From positions 7,828,907 through 7,892,906 of the forward strand of contig CAVNZM010000001.1 in assembly GCA_963693365.1 (NCBI GenBank): a stretch of 64,000 nucleotides of DNA, in the 5' to 3' direction. This document shows, piece after piece, positions 35,581 to 58,344 of this stretch (positions are counted from its first letter, which is position 1; the number at the start of each line of letters is the position of its first letter). The position numbers were made by a program, and so were the translations under genes. The notes beneath the pieces were generated by a model. That model worked only from the letters and a program-made list of their open reading frames with translations, had not been told where the DNA came from and ran no database searches. The stretch is from Amoebidium appalachense. Its lineage: Eukaryota > Protista > Ichthyosporea.

Positions 35581-36040
35581 AATATACCATCACCAATCAT
35601 GATCACAAATAATAGTACACATTTAGCCCAGGGTTTTTATCCAGGCCTCGCACATAACGAGTTTTTTTCAACATTCACAGATAGCTAGAGTCTAATGGAA
35701 TCGTCTAAATTGGCTGGCCCCAGGGTAGGGGACGGGGGGGGGGGGGGGGGGGGGGGGGGGAGAAGGAGGAGGGGGGGTTTTTTTTGGGGGGGGGGGGGGG
35801 GAGGGGGAAGGGGGGTTTATATGATAAGGTCGAAACATCTGTGCACCGTTCACAACATTGGATTAAGCGGGGCCGTTTGGACTATGTACAACACAAAAGA
35901 TCCAATTGGCAGAATATTAGACTCTCACGAGCATTACTATATTATACTAGCTATAGTACGAATTGAATGAATACATGCATAGATTAACTAAATCAACGTT
36001 AATTCGTCTGATAGCAACACCACTAAGGGCAGTACGTCGC

Positions 36041-36613
36041 CTAAGGCGCAGGCGACATAGTTGCGGTGACGGTCTCTGTGAGGGTTGTGGGCTGCAGCAC
36101 GGTGCTGGTCTGCACGGCCGTGGTGGTGGCGACCAGTGTGGACACAAGCGTTGCCGTCGTGGTCTCCGTGGCCGTCTCCGTCAGCGTCGTGGCCACATCC
36201 ACCGTCTGCGTCTCCGTCACCGTGACAGGCGCGGGGGCGGGCAGTGTCTGTGTGGCCGTTGCTGTGACTGTGCTCCAGTGCACCTGGGTGGTTATCACGC
36301 TGCTTGTCTTTGTGACCGTGGTGGCCGGGGCGGTCACGGTGGCTGTGGCCGTGGCGTGCGCAGTGGTGGTGGCCGTCCGCGTGGCCGTGGTCGTGGAGAC
36401 AAGCGTCTTTTCAGCCGTCTGCGTCACCGTCTTGGTCACCGTCTTGGTCACCGTCTTGGCCTTGGCCGCACCTACCAGCGGCTGGCTGTCGGCCGGAGCG
36501 GCCGTGGCTGGGCTCGGTGCGGGCACAAGGGCGGCTGCAGAGGCGGTTGGGAGGGTGGCGGCGGCAGCAGAAAGGCCGAAGAGGAAAGCGGAAAGGAAAG
36601 CCAGGCACTTCAT
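36041..36613 (-). CDS. Secreted Thr-rich TxT-repeat protein, copy 5 (190 aa)
   Basis: Intact ORF with a signal peptide; paralog of copies 1-4. Confidence 0.88.
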   Translation of the reverse strand: MKCLAFLSAFLFGLSAAAATLPTASAAALVPAPSPATAAPADSQPLVGAAKAKTVTKTVTKTVTQTAEKTLVSTTTATRTATTTAHATATATVTAPATTVTKTSSVITTQVHWSTVTATATQTLPAPAPVTVTETQTVDVATTLTETATETTTATLVSTLVATTTAVQTSTVLQPTTLTETVTATMSPAP

Positions 36614-36727
36614 CTTGGATGCTTGCGGATAAGCGGGTGGAGGTTAAAGGCGTGTTGGTGTGGTGTAAAAGCTAGTTATTTTGTTTGGATTTTCTGTCGA
36701 CTGACTGACTACTGGGGTCCCTGCGAA

Positions 36728-36837
36728 ATTTATACCTGTGCAAGCGGAATTGGAATGTGATAACAGAATATTTACCGCGTGATGTCAACCAATCAACATT
36801 CCTGAAGTTTTAAATTTTGAGCGCGATTTCATTGGCG
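36728..36837 (-). promoter_or_regulatory. Conserved promoter of Thr-rich copy 5
   Basis: atttata at 36728, ccaatca at 36789 (61 bp offset) and attgg at ~36831. Confidence 0.7.
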
Positions 36838-37546
36838 GAAATGTTTGTCAGGGAGATGGGCATAGATCCTTCACGCCGGCCATCTCTTGAGAGTCCCAGT
36901 GCACTCTTTTACCGTTTCTATTGTGTTATACCATATATATTTATATATATAATATCTCACCACGCACGAAGTATTCTACTGCGTTCGGGTGGGTGTTATT
37001 TTTTCCGCCTTCGTTTGGACATGGCTTGCGAACGGCCCCACCGTAGGACTTGATGATCAAATGACCCCTGCGTTTGCATGGTTCCAATACACTAGCCATG
37101 TAAGTGTGACTCGTTTCATATATATATATGGGGCACTGGGTTTTATAAAACGATAAAGGGTTCCAAGCCAAAACAAAGAACCTCACCTCAGGCTACAGTT
37201 GGGACGAGGGTGCCTGGCGTGAATTATTGTTATTTCGTTCCGGCTCACGAAGCACTACTAGTGACTGTGCACGTGCGTGTGTGTGAAGATGGTGTGCATA
37301 ATGTATGTGGGTGACACCGTGCACATGTAAGCGTGTGTAGAGAATATGTATTAAAGTTTGTGTGTTTGTCAGTGTATGTGTAACGGTTCAAGTGACAATG
37401 TAGCAGGTGTGTATATGTATCATAATACTGGTGCGCTGCGTGGTCTGTATGTGGTGTAGAGGCGGTTGCCACCCCTGCCCCTCCCCCCTCCCCCCCCCCC
37501 CCCCCCTCCCCCCCCGCCCTCCCCCCTCCCCCCTCTCTTTGACACA

Positions 37547-37615
<69 letters not shown>

Positions 37616-37704
37616 ACACACACACTGACACACAAACACACACACACTCCATCTGTCTCTCTCACATACTCTCTCACTCTCTCTCTTTCTCTCGCTCGCT
37701 TTCC

Positions 37705-37755
<51 letters not shown>

Positions 37756-37766
37756 CCCCCCCCCCC

Positions 37767-37851
<85 letters not shown>

Positions 37852-38349
37852 CTCTCGCTCTCTCTCTTTCTCTCTCTCTCTCTCTATCTCTCTCTCTTTC
37901 TCTCACTCTTTTGCTCCCCTTACTCTCTCTGTCATCTCTTTCTCTGTTGCTGGCCTACTCTGTCTCTCCTCTCTTTCCGTCCCTCTCGCCTTTCGCAGTC
38001 TCAACCTCACTCTCGACTCCATATGTGTGTGTGCGTGTGCGTGTGTGCGCGCGCGTGCCAAAAAAAAAAGCTTTTATAAAACAAACAAAAAAGGAGGAGG
38101 AGGAATATTAGTTTAGCTGACTGCACCACCATTTGGTGAGTCCCAGCCAGCTGGGTAAAGTCGGTGCTGTAATAGTGGATATGGTGGCTCTATAGCTATG
38201 GAACTCCTACTGAGGGGCTCCTCTGGGCACAAAACTAGCTATAGATCCTGTATTGAAAAAATAGAGTATCAAACCTGAAATACTGAAGTAAATTCCCTAT
38301 CCCCGCAGGACGTCCCAGCTAGTCTGAGCCTTATTGCAATTCGGTCGCT

Positions 38350-38604
38350 TTCTCTTCCTCCAATACCTTCCCCAAACAGTAACGAACAAAACAGAGCCCA
38401 ATTGCAGGCACCCAGGAAGAGGAGAAGATTAGATAGATAGGGAGCCAGAGAGGGGGCTTGGGGGGAGGCGAGAAAAGGAGGGGGGGGGGGGGGGGGGGGG
38501 GGGGCTAGAGGAAATGAGAGAGAGTAGGGGGAGAGATAAGATGTGGGGTGAATGTGTGGGTGTGCGTGCTTGCATATATGCATGTGCACGTGCAAACTCG
38601 CCTG

Positions 38605-38697
<93 letters not shown>

Positions 38698-38850
38698 AGT
38701 GTGTGTTTGTGGGTGTTTTGTATGCATGCATACGTGCATGTGTGCGTGCATGCGAATGGGCGGGCGTGCGGGCTTTCGTAAAGTGAGTGAGTGTGTGCAT
38801 CTATGTGTGTATGTGTGCATGTGTGCATGCATGTATGCGCGCGCGCGCGC
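38350..38850. repeat. Inverted copy of array flank sequence (reverse complement of ~34890-35285 and ~30990-31110)
   Basis: agaggaaatgagagagagtagggggagagataagatgtgggg (38507) is the reverse complement of 35245-35284. gcgggctttcgtaaagtgagtgagtgtgtgcatctatg is the reverse complement of 34935-34973. Confidence 0.75.
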
Positions 38851-38934
38851 GCGTGTGTGTGTGTGGTGTGTGTCTGTGTGTGTGTGTGTGCGTGCGAGCG
38901 AGCGAGAGCGAGAGCGAGCGAGAGCTCTCTCTCG

Positions 38935-38965
<31 letters not shown>

Positions 38966-38978
38966 GCTCTCTCTCTCG

Positions 38979-39061
<83 letters not shown>

Positions 39062-39156
39062 GAGAGAGAGAGATGTTGGTGTGAATGTGTCGGTGCGCGT
39101 GCTTGGACATATGCACGTACGTGCACAAATGCGCCTGTTTGTGTGTGTGTATGTGG

Positions 39157-39258
<102 letters not shown>

Positions 39259-39277
39259 TGGTGCGTGCACCTGTAAC

Positions 39278-39327
<50 letters not shown>

Positions 39328-39508
39328 TGTGCGTGTGGGTGTGCTTGTGTTTGTGTGTGCATGCATACATATATGTGTGCGCGCGCGTGCGTGCGGGCGG
39401 GCGGGTGGGCGGGCGGGCAGGCAGGCGGGCTTCCGTAAAGTTAGTGTGTGTGCATCTACGCGTGCGTGTGTGCATGCATGCATGCATGTATGCATGTCTG
39501 TGTGTGTG

Positions 39509-39604
<96 letters not shown>

Positions 39605-39728
39605 GGGAGAGATAGAGAGGAAGAGAGAGAGAGAGCCTGGGGGCGGCTATGACACACGTGTACGCACACACACTCACAAACATACCAATCCAAATATACT
39701 AAACACAAAACATTATCATACATAAAAA

Positions 39729-39800
<72 letters not shown>

Positions 39801-40576
39801 TTGTGTCTGTGTGTGTGTGTCTCTGTGTCTGTGTGGTTGCGTCTGTGTGTGTGACTATGTCACGTGCGCGCACGCATTAAGCGTGTCTGTGCATATGTAC
39901 CTGTAGAGACTCAGTGCTACTTGTGGCTGCGGGCACTCCGTAGCGGCGTACGCGTGTGTATTTGTGTTTTTTCAACTGTTTTCTGGCATACACGTATATA
40001 TACTCGTTTTTGTTCTTTTTTGTGTGATTGAATGCAGGAGTGTATTGGTGTGTGTGTGTATGTGTGTGTGTGTGTGTGTCTGTGTGTGTGTGTGTGTGTG
40101 TGCACGCGTTTCTATGATTGCCCTCCCCTTTCTTCAATCCAGGCGCGCACTGCACGCAAACACGCACGCACGCACATACACACACACGCACGTGCGCACG
40201 CGCGCGCGCGCACACACACACACACACACAAAAAAAAAAAGCACACACACAAGCACACACACCACACACACATACACACACACACACACACAGGCGTACA
40301 CACTAGTGATCACGCGTATGTACGCACGAAGGTCCGCACGCACGTACACACACATGTACGCACACACGCACACATCCATGCACTCACTTACACGCACACA
40401 CGCATGCACCCACTCACACCGTGCGACACGCATGTATTCATCCACTCATATGCCCGCATGCATGCATGCATGGGCACAGAGGCACACACACACACAGACA
40501 CACACACACACAAGCACACACACACAAACAAACACACACACACTCTGATTCAACACATACCCTCTCCAAACATATA

Positions 40577-40626
<50 letters not shown>

Positions 40627-40724
40627 TATACACATATATTTATATACAGATATATATATATATATATTAATGATTATATGTTTATATATCGGATGTGTGT
40701 GTGCGTGTCTGTGTGTGCGTGCGC

Positions 40725-40763
<39 letters not shown>

Positions 40764-40772
40764 TGTGTGTGT

Positions 40773-40844
<72 letters not shown>

Positions 40845-40871
40845 ATGTGCGCGTGTGTGCGTGAGTGCGTA

Positions 40872-41249
40872 ATATGTACCTTCCACGAGAAGACACTCGA
40901 AGTTAAAGTCCGATCGGCATCGATTGAGCTAATCTTAAAATCCAATGATTAGCAATTGTTTTGATTTTATAGTTTGATTTAAGACCAAATCGATTTCGAT
41001 GATTCGTTGATTTCAAAACTATAACTCAATCGTCATCTGGTGAAAAGAGTTCTTTAATCGGAAACATGTGGAAAATACATGTATCCTAATAAAACTTTTT
41101 CTGTTTGCGCGTCGCTAACAAACAAATGGTATCGTTCGATAGAGAAAAAATTTGCTTTCTAATAAATAAAGGTTTGATGGGGTTCTGATCGGTTCGAAGA
41201 GTCGAAAATTACGAAAAACAAAAAGTGTCTTCTCGTAGAAGGTACATAT
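40872..41249. mobile_element. MITE with 26-bp TIRs and TA target duplication (Tc1/mariner-like)
   Basis: The left end atatgtaccttccacgagaagacact and the right end agtgtcttctcgtagaaggtacatat differ by one mismatch. TA flanks both ends (40870-40871 and 41250-41251). The interior is AT-rich and non-coding, and the element sits in a (TG)n tract. Confidence 0.85.
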
Positions 41250-42035
41250 TAGTTCGTGTGTGTGCGTGCGTGCGTGCGTGCTTGTGTGCGCATGGTGGGT
41301 GGTGTGGGCCCAGTGAGCAGTGTGTGTATGTTTGCACGCACGTGTTGTGTGTGGCAGAAGGGTTAGCCGGCTGGTGGGCAGGCACTAAAGTTAACGTCTA
41401 TGACGGTATTTATCTAAGATTTCTTTATATGGCAATTGCGCGAATCCTGAAAAAAGTCATAGTACCATTATAGGCAAAACTTGATCATTTAACCTCTTCG
41501 GGCCGGCACTAATTTTGGCCGGCAGCCGGCCAGCTCTAAACAACTCGAAACAACTCTTTTGCGGCTTAAAATCGATAGGAAAAGCTCAAACAAATTGTAA
41601 ATATCGACAAGGATATGTCTTACCTACATACGCTTCTAAGTTGGTTTGGGGATAATGACGTCAATGTGACATAGCATTTACGTTAATATGACTGTCACAC
41701 AGCAAAATAGACCTTAATTTATGTGGAAGATTATTGACTATTGTATTGTTCATTTATATCGATACACCCCATGCCATCTTAATAGACTGAGGAATTTTTA
41801 TATCATATATCATATAAATACAGTGACCTGTTTTGACTTACTTATCACCCGCTTCCTTGCCATATATAGCAGGTAGCTGAGAGCTTGGAAAAAGCTCACA
41901 AAGAAGCCGAGGAGAGAGGTATAGTGCCCCCTCATCACCCCCCCCCCCCCCCCCCCCCCCCCCCTCCCCGCCCCCCCCCCCCCCCCCCCCTCCCTCCCCT
42001 CCCCCCCCCTCCCCTCCCCCTCCCCCCACCCCCCT

Positions 42036-42067
<32 letters not shown>

Positions 42068-42350
42068 CCCAATCTTCCGTCCCAACACACGAAAAGCTGA
42101 GGACTTCGATATGTTGGGTACCGGTGACGTAACCAATACCCCGTGGCCCCACCGACTGCACCGAGTGAAATAATTGGTATTGTTCGTATATGGGGGCTTT
42201 TCTCTTTTTAGGCATCGTCATAAAAGGTGTAAAATTATCGACTTTCGATTTTTTTTAGTCGGTTTGACTCTCTCTTTGACACAGAGCGGATAGCACGGGA
42301 GGTGCAACAGGAGACGGAGAGTTTTATGAAGGTGGGTGGCTCTCTCTCCT

Positions 42351-42401
<51 letters not shown>

Positions 42402-42937
42402 CCCCCCCCCCCCCTCTCCCTCTCTCCCTCTCTCTCTCTCTCTCCAGACTCTCTCTCTGTCCCTCTCCCTCTCTCCCCCTCCCCCCCCCCCCCTCTCCCC
42501 CTCTCCCCCCCCCCCCCCCTCTCTCTCCCCCCCCCCCCCTCTCTGTCCATCCTTCTCTTTTTTCTTTGCCTGCATTGTTTTTTGTGGTTTTTGGTGCAGA
42601 TTGTACGTTTTTTCCCCTTCCTCCCCCTCCCCCCCGGTCCCCCCCTTTTTTTGCGCTTTTCGGTGCAGATCCGTATGTTTTATTCCCTTTTTTTTGTCCG
42701 ATTTTTGTTTCGTGTTCTTCGCTGCCTAGATTGGAAGTTCTTCCCCTTTTTGCCTGTCTATTTTTGTGTTTTTCGGTGCAGATTATATGTTTTTTGCCAT
42801 TTATTTTCTTTCACGCTCCAACAGCATTTCTTGTTTTCGGTTCTTTTTTTCTTTCTTTCTTTCTTTCTTCTTTTTTTTTGTCTTTGTCCAAACTTTCCCC
42901 TTATCATCCCCGTGCATTCCCTGAGATGAAAAGGCCG

Positions 42938-42971
<34 letters not shown>

Positions 42972-43144
42972 GGAGGGGGGGGGGGGATAATACACATGTA
43001 GAGACACGCACGGTCACATACAGTTATTTGAAAACACACACATGTCCACACAAACACTTTTACAGACTCACGTTTAGCCACCTCAACTTTCTCTCGGCCG
43101 AATTTGAAAGTGATGCCAATGGTCCCCACACCTCCTCCCCCCTT

Positions 43145-43176
<32 letters not shown>

Positions 43177-43298
43177 CCCCCCCCCCCCCCCCCCCCCCGG
43201 TACCCACCCCCCCTCCCCCCCTCCACCTTTGTGACGTTTTGTTGTTGCTCTTTGTTGTCTCCTCCATATTTCCAACCCTCTAACGCATACATCACCCC

Positions 43299-43332
<34 letters not shown>

Positions 43333-43378
43333 CCCCCCTCTTCTTACCCCAACACCGTTCATGCAGGAAGCATCGAAT

Positions 43379-51718
<8,340 letters not shown>

Positions 51719-53055
51719 TTGGGTTATGCTCGCCTCTGTGCCGTTTCTTTTCTTTTCTTTTTTTTGTACCCCTCTTTTTTGCTCCCTTAACTTGTTCCCT
51801 CAAAGCTTGTTGCTCTCCTTTTTTTTTTTTCTCTTTTTAATGTTTTTAAGTTGGAGAGGGGGGGGGGGGGGGGGGGGGGGAGGGGAAGAAGAGGCGGAGG
51901 GGGGAAGAGGATGGGGGAAGGTTACTTTTACGATTTTCACATTTGAATGGTTTTTTTCTGACTGAAGCCACGTTTCATTAAGGCTGCAGCTCAATAGAAA
52001 TAAAATTGAGCTTTGAAAGTTTCTGAAATTCCCTGGCATCAATTCTGCCTTGATCGCTGCTATTGCTACCAGTATGATAGTAGTACTACTGAAAAGTAAT
52101 AACTGAGGAAAAGCCCATATAGTGACACCGTGGGCCCTCAACAGCAACCAAGTTGATTGATTTGTACCAACTATTAACGGTTCATGCGTAACACGTATTT
52201 GCTATCGAAAGTAATTTATGCTTATGGTTTTCTGTGGCATATCTCAAGAAGAATTTTGTGATATCCGCATATGGAACTCGCCCGTTAGCTTGCATAGTCA
52301 CTGAATTCTAGTAATATTAGTTCAAGAGAATACTTTTTGACGACCCAAAAAAGAAACAAAAACTTTTTTCATATCTCCACATATGATGTATACCCTGTAA
52401 CGTCTTTATCTATCACGTATGTAAGGGGTTGGGTAGAAGTACTACTGGCCTTGGTGCCGGCGCCTTATCACAGCTCTGGTATAGGTCGATACTACAGTAA
52501 ACAGCACATTTCTTTAAAGCTTGTACCGATGTTTGAGTTTTCGGCCAATTAATACATCTTTAATGTTGTGAGCTCGAATACAGCTCCTGTTAAAAGTGCG
52601 CATGCACAGTGTTTTACTAACGGCCTTTCCTCTTGACTTGGAGATTTTCCCTGCATGTATCCACCATGTAATAAGCCTAAGGGTTCAAGAGTGTTGCTTC
52701 GTAATCAATTTTTTCCATGGCCATGCCCAAAACCACATGTGCATGCATATGTACATGTACACGTGGTGAGATCGAGAAAAACATCCCCCGTGGAGTTCGG
52801 TACGTGAGACAACATACAATTTTTGTAAACCAGAATTTGGTGTTAAATGTTGCTTTGACGAGAGTTTGGTGCCGTGAACTTCTCCTGAATTAACCTCGGT
52901 TAACAGCAAAGCCTATTCAACTTGGCACACAGCTTATAAGGCGCCATGGATAATTCCTGTGGCCACTATAAAACAAAAAACAAAAAAAAGAAAAAAACGG
53001 GGGTGGGGCGAGGGGGGGGGATCCGGAGGGGGAGAGGGGGGGCTTGTTGTTTGCT

Positions 53056-53096
<41 letters not shown>

Positions 53097-53097
53097 T

Positions 53098-53170
<73 letters not shown>

Positions 53171-53375
53171 CGTGGACGTGTGCGTGTGCGTGGGCATGTG
53201 CGTGTGTACACGTGTGCATGTGCGTGTGCTTGTGTGCGTTCTTGTGTGTGCATGCCTGTGCGTGTGCATGTGTATGTGTGTGGGTGTGGGTGTGTGGGTG
53301 TGTGTGTGTGTCTCAAAGTTTGGGTGGGTGGAGTTGGGTTGGGGTGCCACTGTGTGTGTGTGTTTGTGTAATGGT

Positions 53376-53428
<53 letters not shown>

Positions 53429-54521
53429 AAGGGGGGATGTTGTTTAATTTAACGGTACGTGTGACGTACTGTATGGAAAAGGAACGAAAAAGGGAAAAAA
53501 AAAAAAGAAAAAAAGAATGCAAGATGCATGAGAGAAATATTCAGCGCTAGCAGCTATAGAAGCTAAAAAAAGAGGAAGGAAAAACACGCTGGAAAGTAAC
53601 ACCCAATGCAATCACAGAAGCCCATTGTACCTAATATTATGTTATCTAGGCTAGACACGTGCACAACTTCGTGAGAAAATGCAAACTCAAGAGGCAGGTA
53701 ATTATTGACGAGTGGCCCCTTGCATGCATTGATTCAGTTTTATAATTTGTTATCAGTTCGGAACACAACAGACCAAATTAGTGGTCTCTGAAGATTCACA
53801 TATCAGGAGAATGACATGATCCGCATAAGATTTTAGGATACACACCAACAAATCACATCGAAAGATCTCAGAGCAAAGAGCAGGATCTACCAGGAACGTG
53901 AATTATGGGCTGACGAAAAACCCCCTCCACCCAACAAGCCGCTCAGTGCGTATATACAAAGCGAAGTGTGTACAGTCAACCAACAGAATCGACGTGACAA
54001 TAATGCAGGTGCAAACTCCCGTAATTTCCCAATCATGTAAGGCCCATAGAGCCATAACCATAAACGTCCCTTGCGATTGAACAGAAAATCCGGGATCATT
54101 CCTACTTCCTGCGATCGGATACACCATAACACCATAAGCACCAAGGACTCGGATTTTACATATCGTCGCCCAATCCTATCTCAAAGTTCTAATCTAAACT
54201 TTCATAAATTTCATCAACTGTTGTGCGGTTCAGTTCCCGGACTCGTCACGCGATTCGAAAATCCGATGATGAAAGGATATGCGAAATTTCGGTAGTGCCT
54301 CAAAACTTCAACATCAATAACCACATAACAACAAACACACCACCACTATCACCCTCCTGGAAGCGCCACCCCCCAAAAGGCAAGCGCTCCAATCCCTTTC
54401 ACCATATTCAAGATCTATTCCATCATTCCACCACTCCACCTTAAAGCCCACCAACTGCGTCCATCCAAAAAAGGCAAAAGCTCCGATCCCTTTTTACCAA
54501 ACTAGGGCATGTCATCGGTCG

Positions 54522-55671
54522 TTACTCAACCACCTTAACATCCACCTGCTCCAAATCGACAAACACGACGTTGATAGGACTTCCCTTCGTCAACTCGTCA
54601 AAATTCGTGATGGCGTTTATCTCAACTTTCCCGGCGTCCCAATTTTCGTTCATTTTCATCGGCGATCTTAAAGCCCCGTAACCCCTCTTAAACATCACCT
54701 CGACGTATTCCCTATCGTCCTGACAATGACCCCCCTGGCAATTGTACAATTCCGCGGCGATCACGGGCGGCCGGCGTTGCGTATTTTTGAAAATTCGCCC
54801 GGCACCGCCCTCCGACAGCGCAGACTTCTCGTATCCCTCAATGTCGATCTTCATCGCGCCGATCGCCGGGATCGGCTGGCCGCCGATCTTGCCTTCGTCC
54901 AAAATGTCGTCCAATCGCACGAATTTGGACTCCGATCTCACCGTGTAAGTTATGTCTGTGGCCGATAGGAAGGATTTCTTCTCCTCCTCCGTGCAGACGG
55001 TGTGGCCGTCACCCATGTTGTGGATGTCGGACATGATGTAGCATGTCTGCTCGTTCTGCGAGGGAAAAAAACACCGAAAAATGTCGGAAAATTAGCGCCA
55101 TGGATTAAGAAAATTGGAATCTGGGGGGGGGGGGGGGGGGGGGGGGATCAAGGGCATTGACGGCTACATACTCTCAATGCTCGAACCCTGAAGAAAAAGA
55201 ATGTGTGTAGGTGGAGAGAGGACATGTGCAGTGTGTGTGTTTGTATGTGAGTGTGTGTGTGTGCATGTGCCTGCGCGTATGTCGAGAACCTTCGTCGCAA
55301 CCCGCTAGAGCCGCCAGCGCCATCACGCCGTATAGATTACGCCAAAACCAGACCTTAATTGAAGGAACCACTATCACACTGCAAAAAAAAAAAAAAAAAA
55401 AAAAAAGAAAAAAAAAGAAAAAAAAAAAAGAAAAGCCGTCCAATCAGGCCTTAAAGCAACCACCCACCTCGCTAAGTCCGTACGTGTACAACGCCAGGCG
55501 GTTGGAGAATCCGGGGTTAATACACGCGCTGAGCTGAATCAGTTTCTGATTGGCCGAATCGGGCTCGAACGAAACCACATGGTAGCCCTTGGCTAGGGCA
55601 ATCAAGGTGAACCAACCAATGTTGGCGCCAATGTCTAGGAAAACCTGTTTTTTTTTTTTTTTTTTTTTTGG

Positions 55672-55704
<33 letters not shown>

Positions 55705-55825
55705 GGGGGTTTGGAGGGGGGGAAGGGAGGGGGGAGGGGGGAGGGGAGGTTGGGGGGAGGGTGGATGTGTGTGTGTGTTTGTGTGTGTGTGGTGAGTGTG
55801 AGTGTGTGTGTTTGGGGTGGAATTG

Positions 55826-55865
<40 letters not shown>

Positions 55866-55936
55866 CGGGGGGATCTGTGTGTGGATGCGCTCGTGTATGT
55901 GTGTGCGTGCGTGCGTGCGTGTGTATGTCTGTGTGT

Positions 55937-55967
<31 letters not shown>

Positions 55968-56055
55968 GGGGGAGGGGGGGGGTTACGGGGAATCCGTGTG
56001 TGGATGCGCTCGTGTGTGTGTGTGTGTGTGCGTGCATGTGTGTGTTTGTCTGTGT

Positions 56056-56086
<31 letters not shown>

Positions 56087-56814
56087 GGGGGGGGGGGGAT
56101 TGGGGGGAGAAAAGGGGGGAGGGAGGAGACGGGAAGAGGGGCAGAGGGATGTGGAGTAAGAAACCGGATAATCTTGATTGTTTAAGCTTTGTTTGTTTGT
56201 TTGGGTGATGTGCAGTGTGCTATTTATCTCTCTATTTCCTTCTTGTGTGGGGAAGTGGGCGCATGGGCCATTGGGAAGAATCATAATGAATAATCAAAAA
56301 ATAGACGGAAAAGTCAAATTTGGGTGTGGTGAGTAATATCAGCACATAAGTGTGTTTGTGTGCACGTGTGAACATACAAAGTCCTGTTTGTTGCACGATG
56401 GTGCATGTGGGGAGGAGGTGGACGTATGTGTGTGCCCCGGTCGAGCGCGGTTTTCCTGCCAGTGTGTGTCTGCGTGCCTCCGTGCATTGAGAAGTGTGCG
56501 TGCTAGTAGTGTAAACATGTGTTCGTGTGTAGGCCTGCTTGTGTGTTCAGTTTAAGGTGCGTGCGCACACGTGTCTACGTGTGTTTGTACTCGTGTATGT
56601 GTGGGAGGGGGCATATGCATGCGCGCCGTGCGTGTGTGTGTGTGTTTTAGTTGTGTGTGTCCGTGTATGTTATGTGTGACCGTCTGTGTGTAACGAGTGT
56701 ACGCTCGTATGCGTGAGTGCGTGCGGGTGTGTTCAGTGTGTGTTGCTGTGGGTGTGTATGTGTGTATGTGCTCGAGCGTGTGTAAGTCCTTATGGCATCC
56801 GTACGCACACATGA

Positions 56815-56864
<50 letters not shown>

Positions 56865-57141
56865 CCGTGTCCATACCTTGCCCTCCATAGACTTGGGGTT
56901 GCTGTAGAAGGTGAACAGCTCTCTGGCCTCCACTCCCTCCCACGTCCCACTGACCCGAATCGACCTACTCACAATGTCGTCATCCCTGTGTGTGTGTGTG
57001 TGTGTGTGTGCGTACGCGTGTGTGTATTGTTTGTTTTTGTGCGTGTGTGTGCGTAGGGGCTCACGCTTCACGTGTGTTTGTGAATGAGTTTGGGTGGATG
57101 GTTAGGAATGGTTCGGGGGAGGTGGGAAAGCAGCGCCGGGT

Positions 57142-57175
<34 letters not shown>

Positions 57176-58344
57176 AGGAGCCCTGTGCTGTTGTGCACAC
57201 TATGAATCACGAGCTCACAATGAACAATAACTTATCATGTACATACGAAAGGAAAGAACACACACATTAGGAGTGTTGTACGTGTGCCGGGGAAGACGGA
57301 GAACTTTAAGGCGACCATTACGCAACATCATGGCAGAAAACAGAACCGTGTGGTGGTGGTGGGTCGGGGATGGAGGGGTGGGGTGTGGGGCGGGGGTGGG
57401 GGGGGGGGGGGGGAGGAAGGGGAGGGAGGGGGTTGGGTTGGGCTGGGTTGGGTTGGGGGGGGGCTTGGGAACATGGTAGAAGAGGGGTGTGTGTGTGTGT
57501 GCGTGTGTGTGTGTGTGTGTATGAATCTGTGCCTGCGTGCCCGCCCATGTTTAAGAACAGATCGTGAGATCTTGTAAGGTGCATCGACGTGCCATTTGCT
57601 TTCTAATCCAAAGTTGTGTTGGTCAAAACTAGCTTCCTATCACCCAAACACATGCTTTCGGGATTCCCAGGTTCACAGAAAGAGCAATATAGCTGAATCT
57701 GTGTGTGTGCACCTCCGGAACGACGGGCAGATGCATGGATGGTGTGATGGAACATGTTACGTAAAAGACCGGTTGTGCGCCTGTCTTTTACGTAACAAGG
57801 AAAATACTATGGTCAAGATGGGACAACAGGTGTAGACATAAAAAACATCGGCAGATCGTCTCACTGCACACTTATCAAAAACAATCGCAAACGGAACGAT
57901 CAAGAACACAAACACAACAGATGCAATGGAAAAAACCCACCTATAAAGTGCTACTCTGAAAGTTGGGTAGAAGTCCGTCGGGTGCGCGCTGACAATTATG
58001 ATGTTTTCTTTGCCAAAACGGTTTAAGCACCACACCTCCCGCTCCTGTTGGGTCTTGAACTCAGGCATCTCATCCCCAGTTGCTTCTACATCTTCCCCAT
58101 TCCCATTAACCTCGCCATTACCATCGTCCCCTCCGCTGTTTCCAGGCATTGTGTTCTGGAGAATCACTGCGCCATCGGCTGGTCTTGCCAAAGCGCGCGC
58201 TACTAGCATAGAACCGGCCCCCGAGGAACGAAGCGACCCCACCATTCCAATCGCTACAACAAGCACACCTGTAATGATTGCTACGCGCAACATCTGTAGC
58301 TTTTTGTGGGTGAACCACGAGATCAAACGTCCTCCGACGACCAT
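54522..58344 (-). CDS. FkbM-family (Methyltransf_21) SAM-dependent methyltransferase with N-terminal signal-anchor; 407 aa. Exons 58344-57941, 56985-56877, 55644-55468, 55055-54522.
   Basis: Phase-consistent GT-AG introns give 1224 nt. The hydrophobic segment is [16 protein letters not shown]. Motifs include [49 protein letters not shown] and MKIDIEGYE. Confidence 0.9.
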
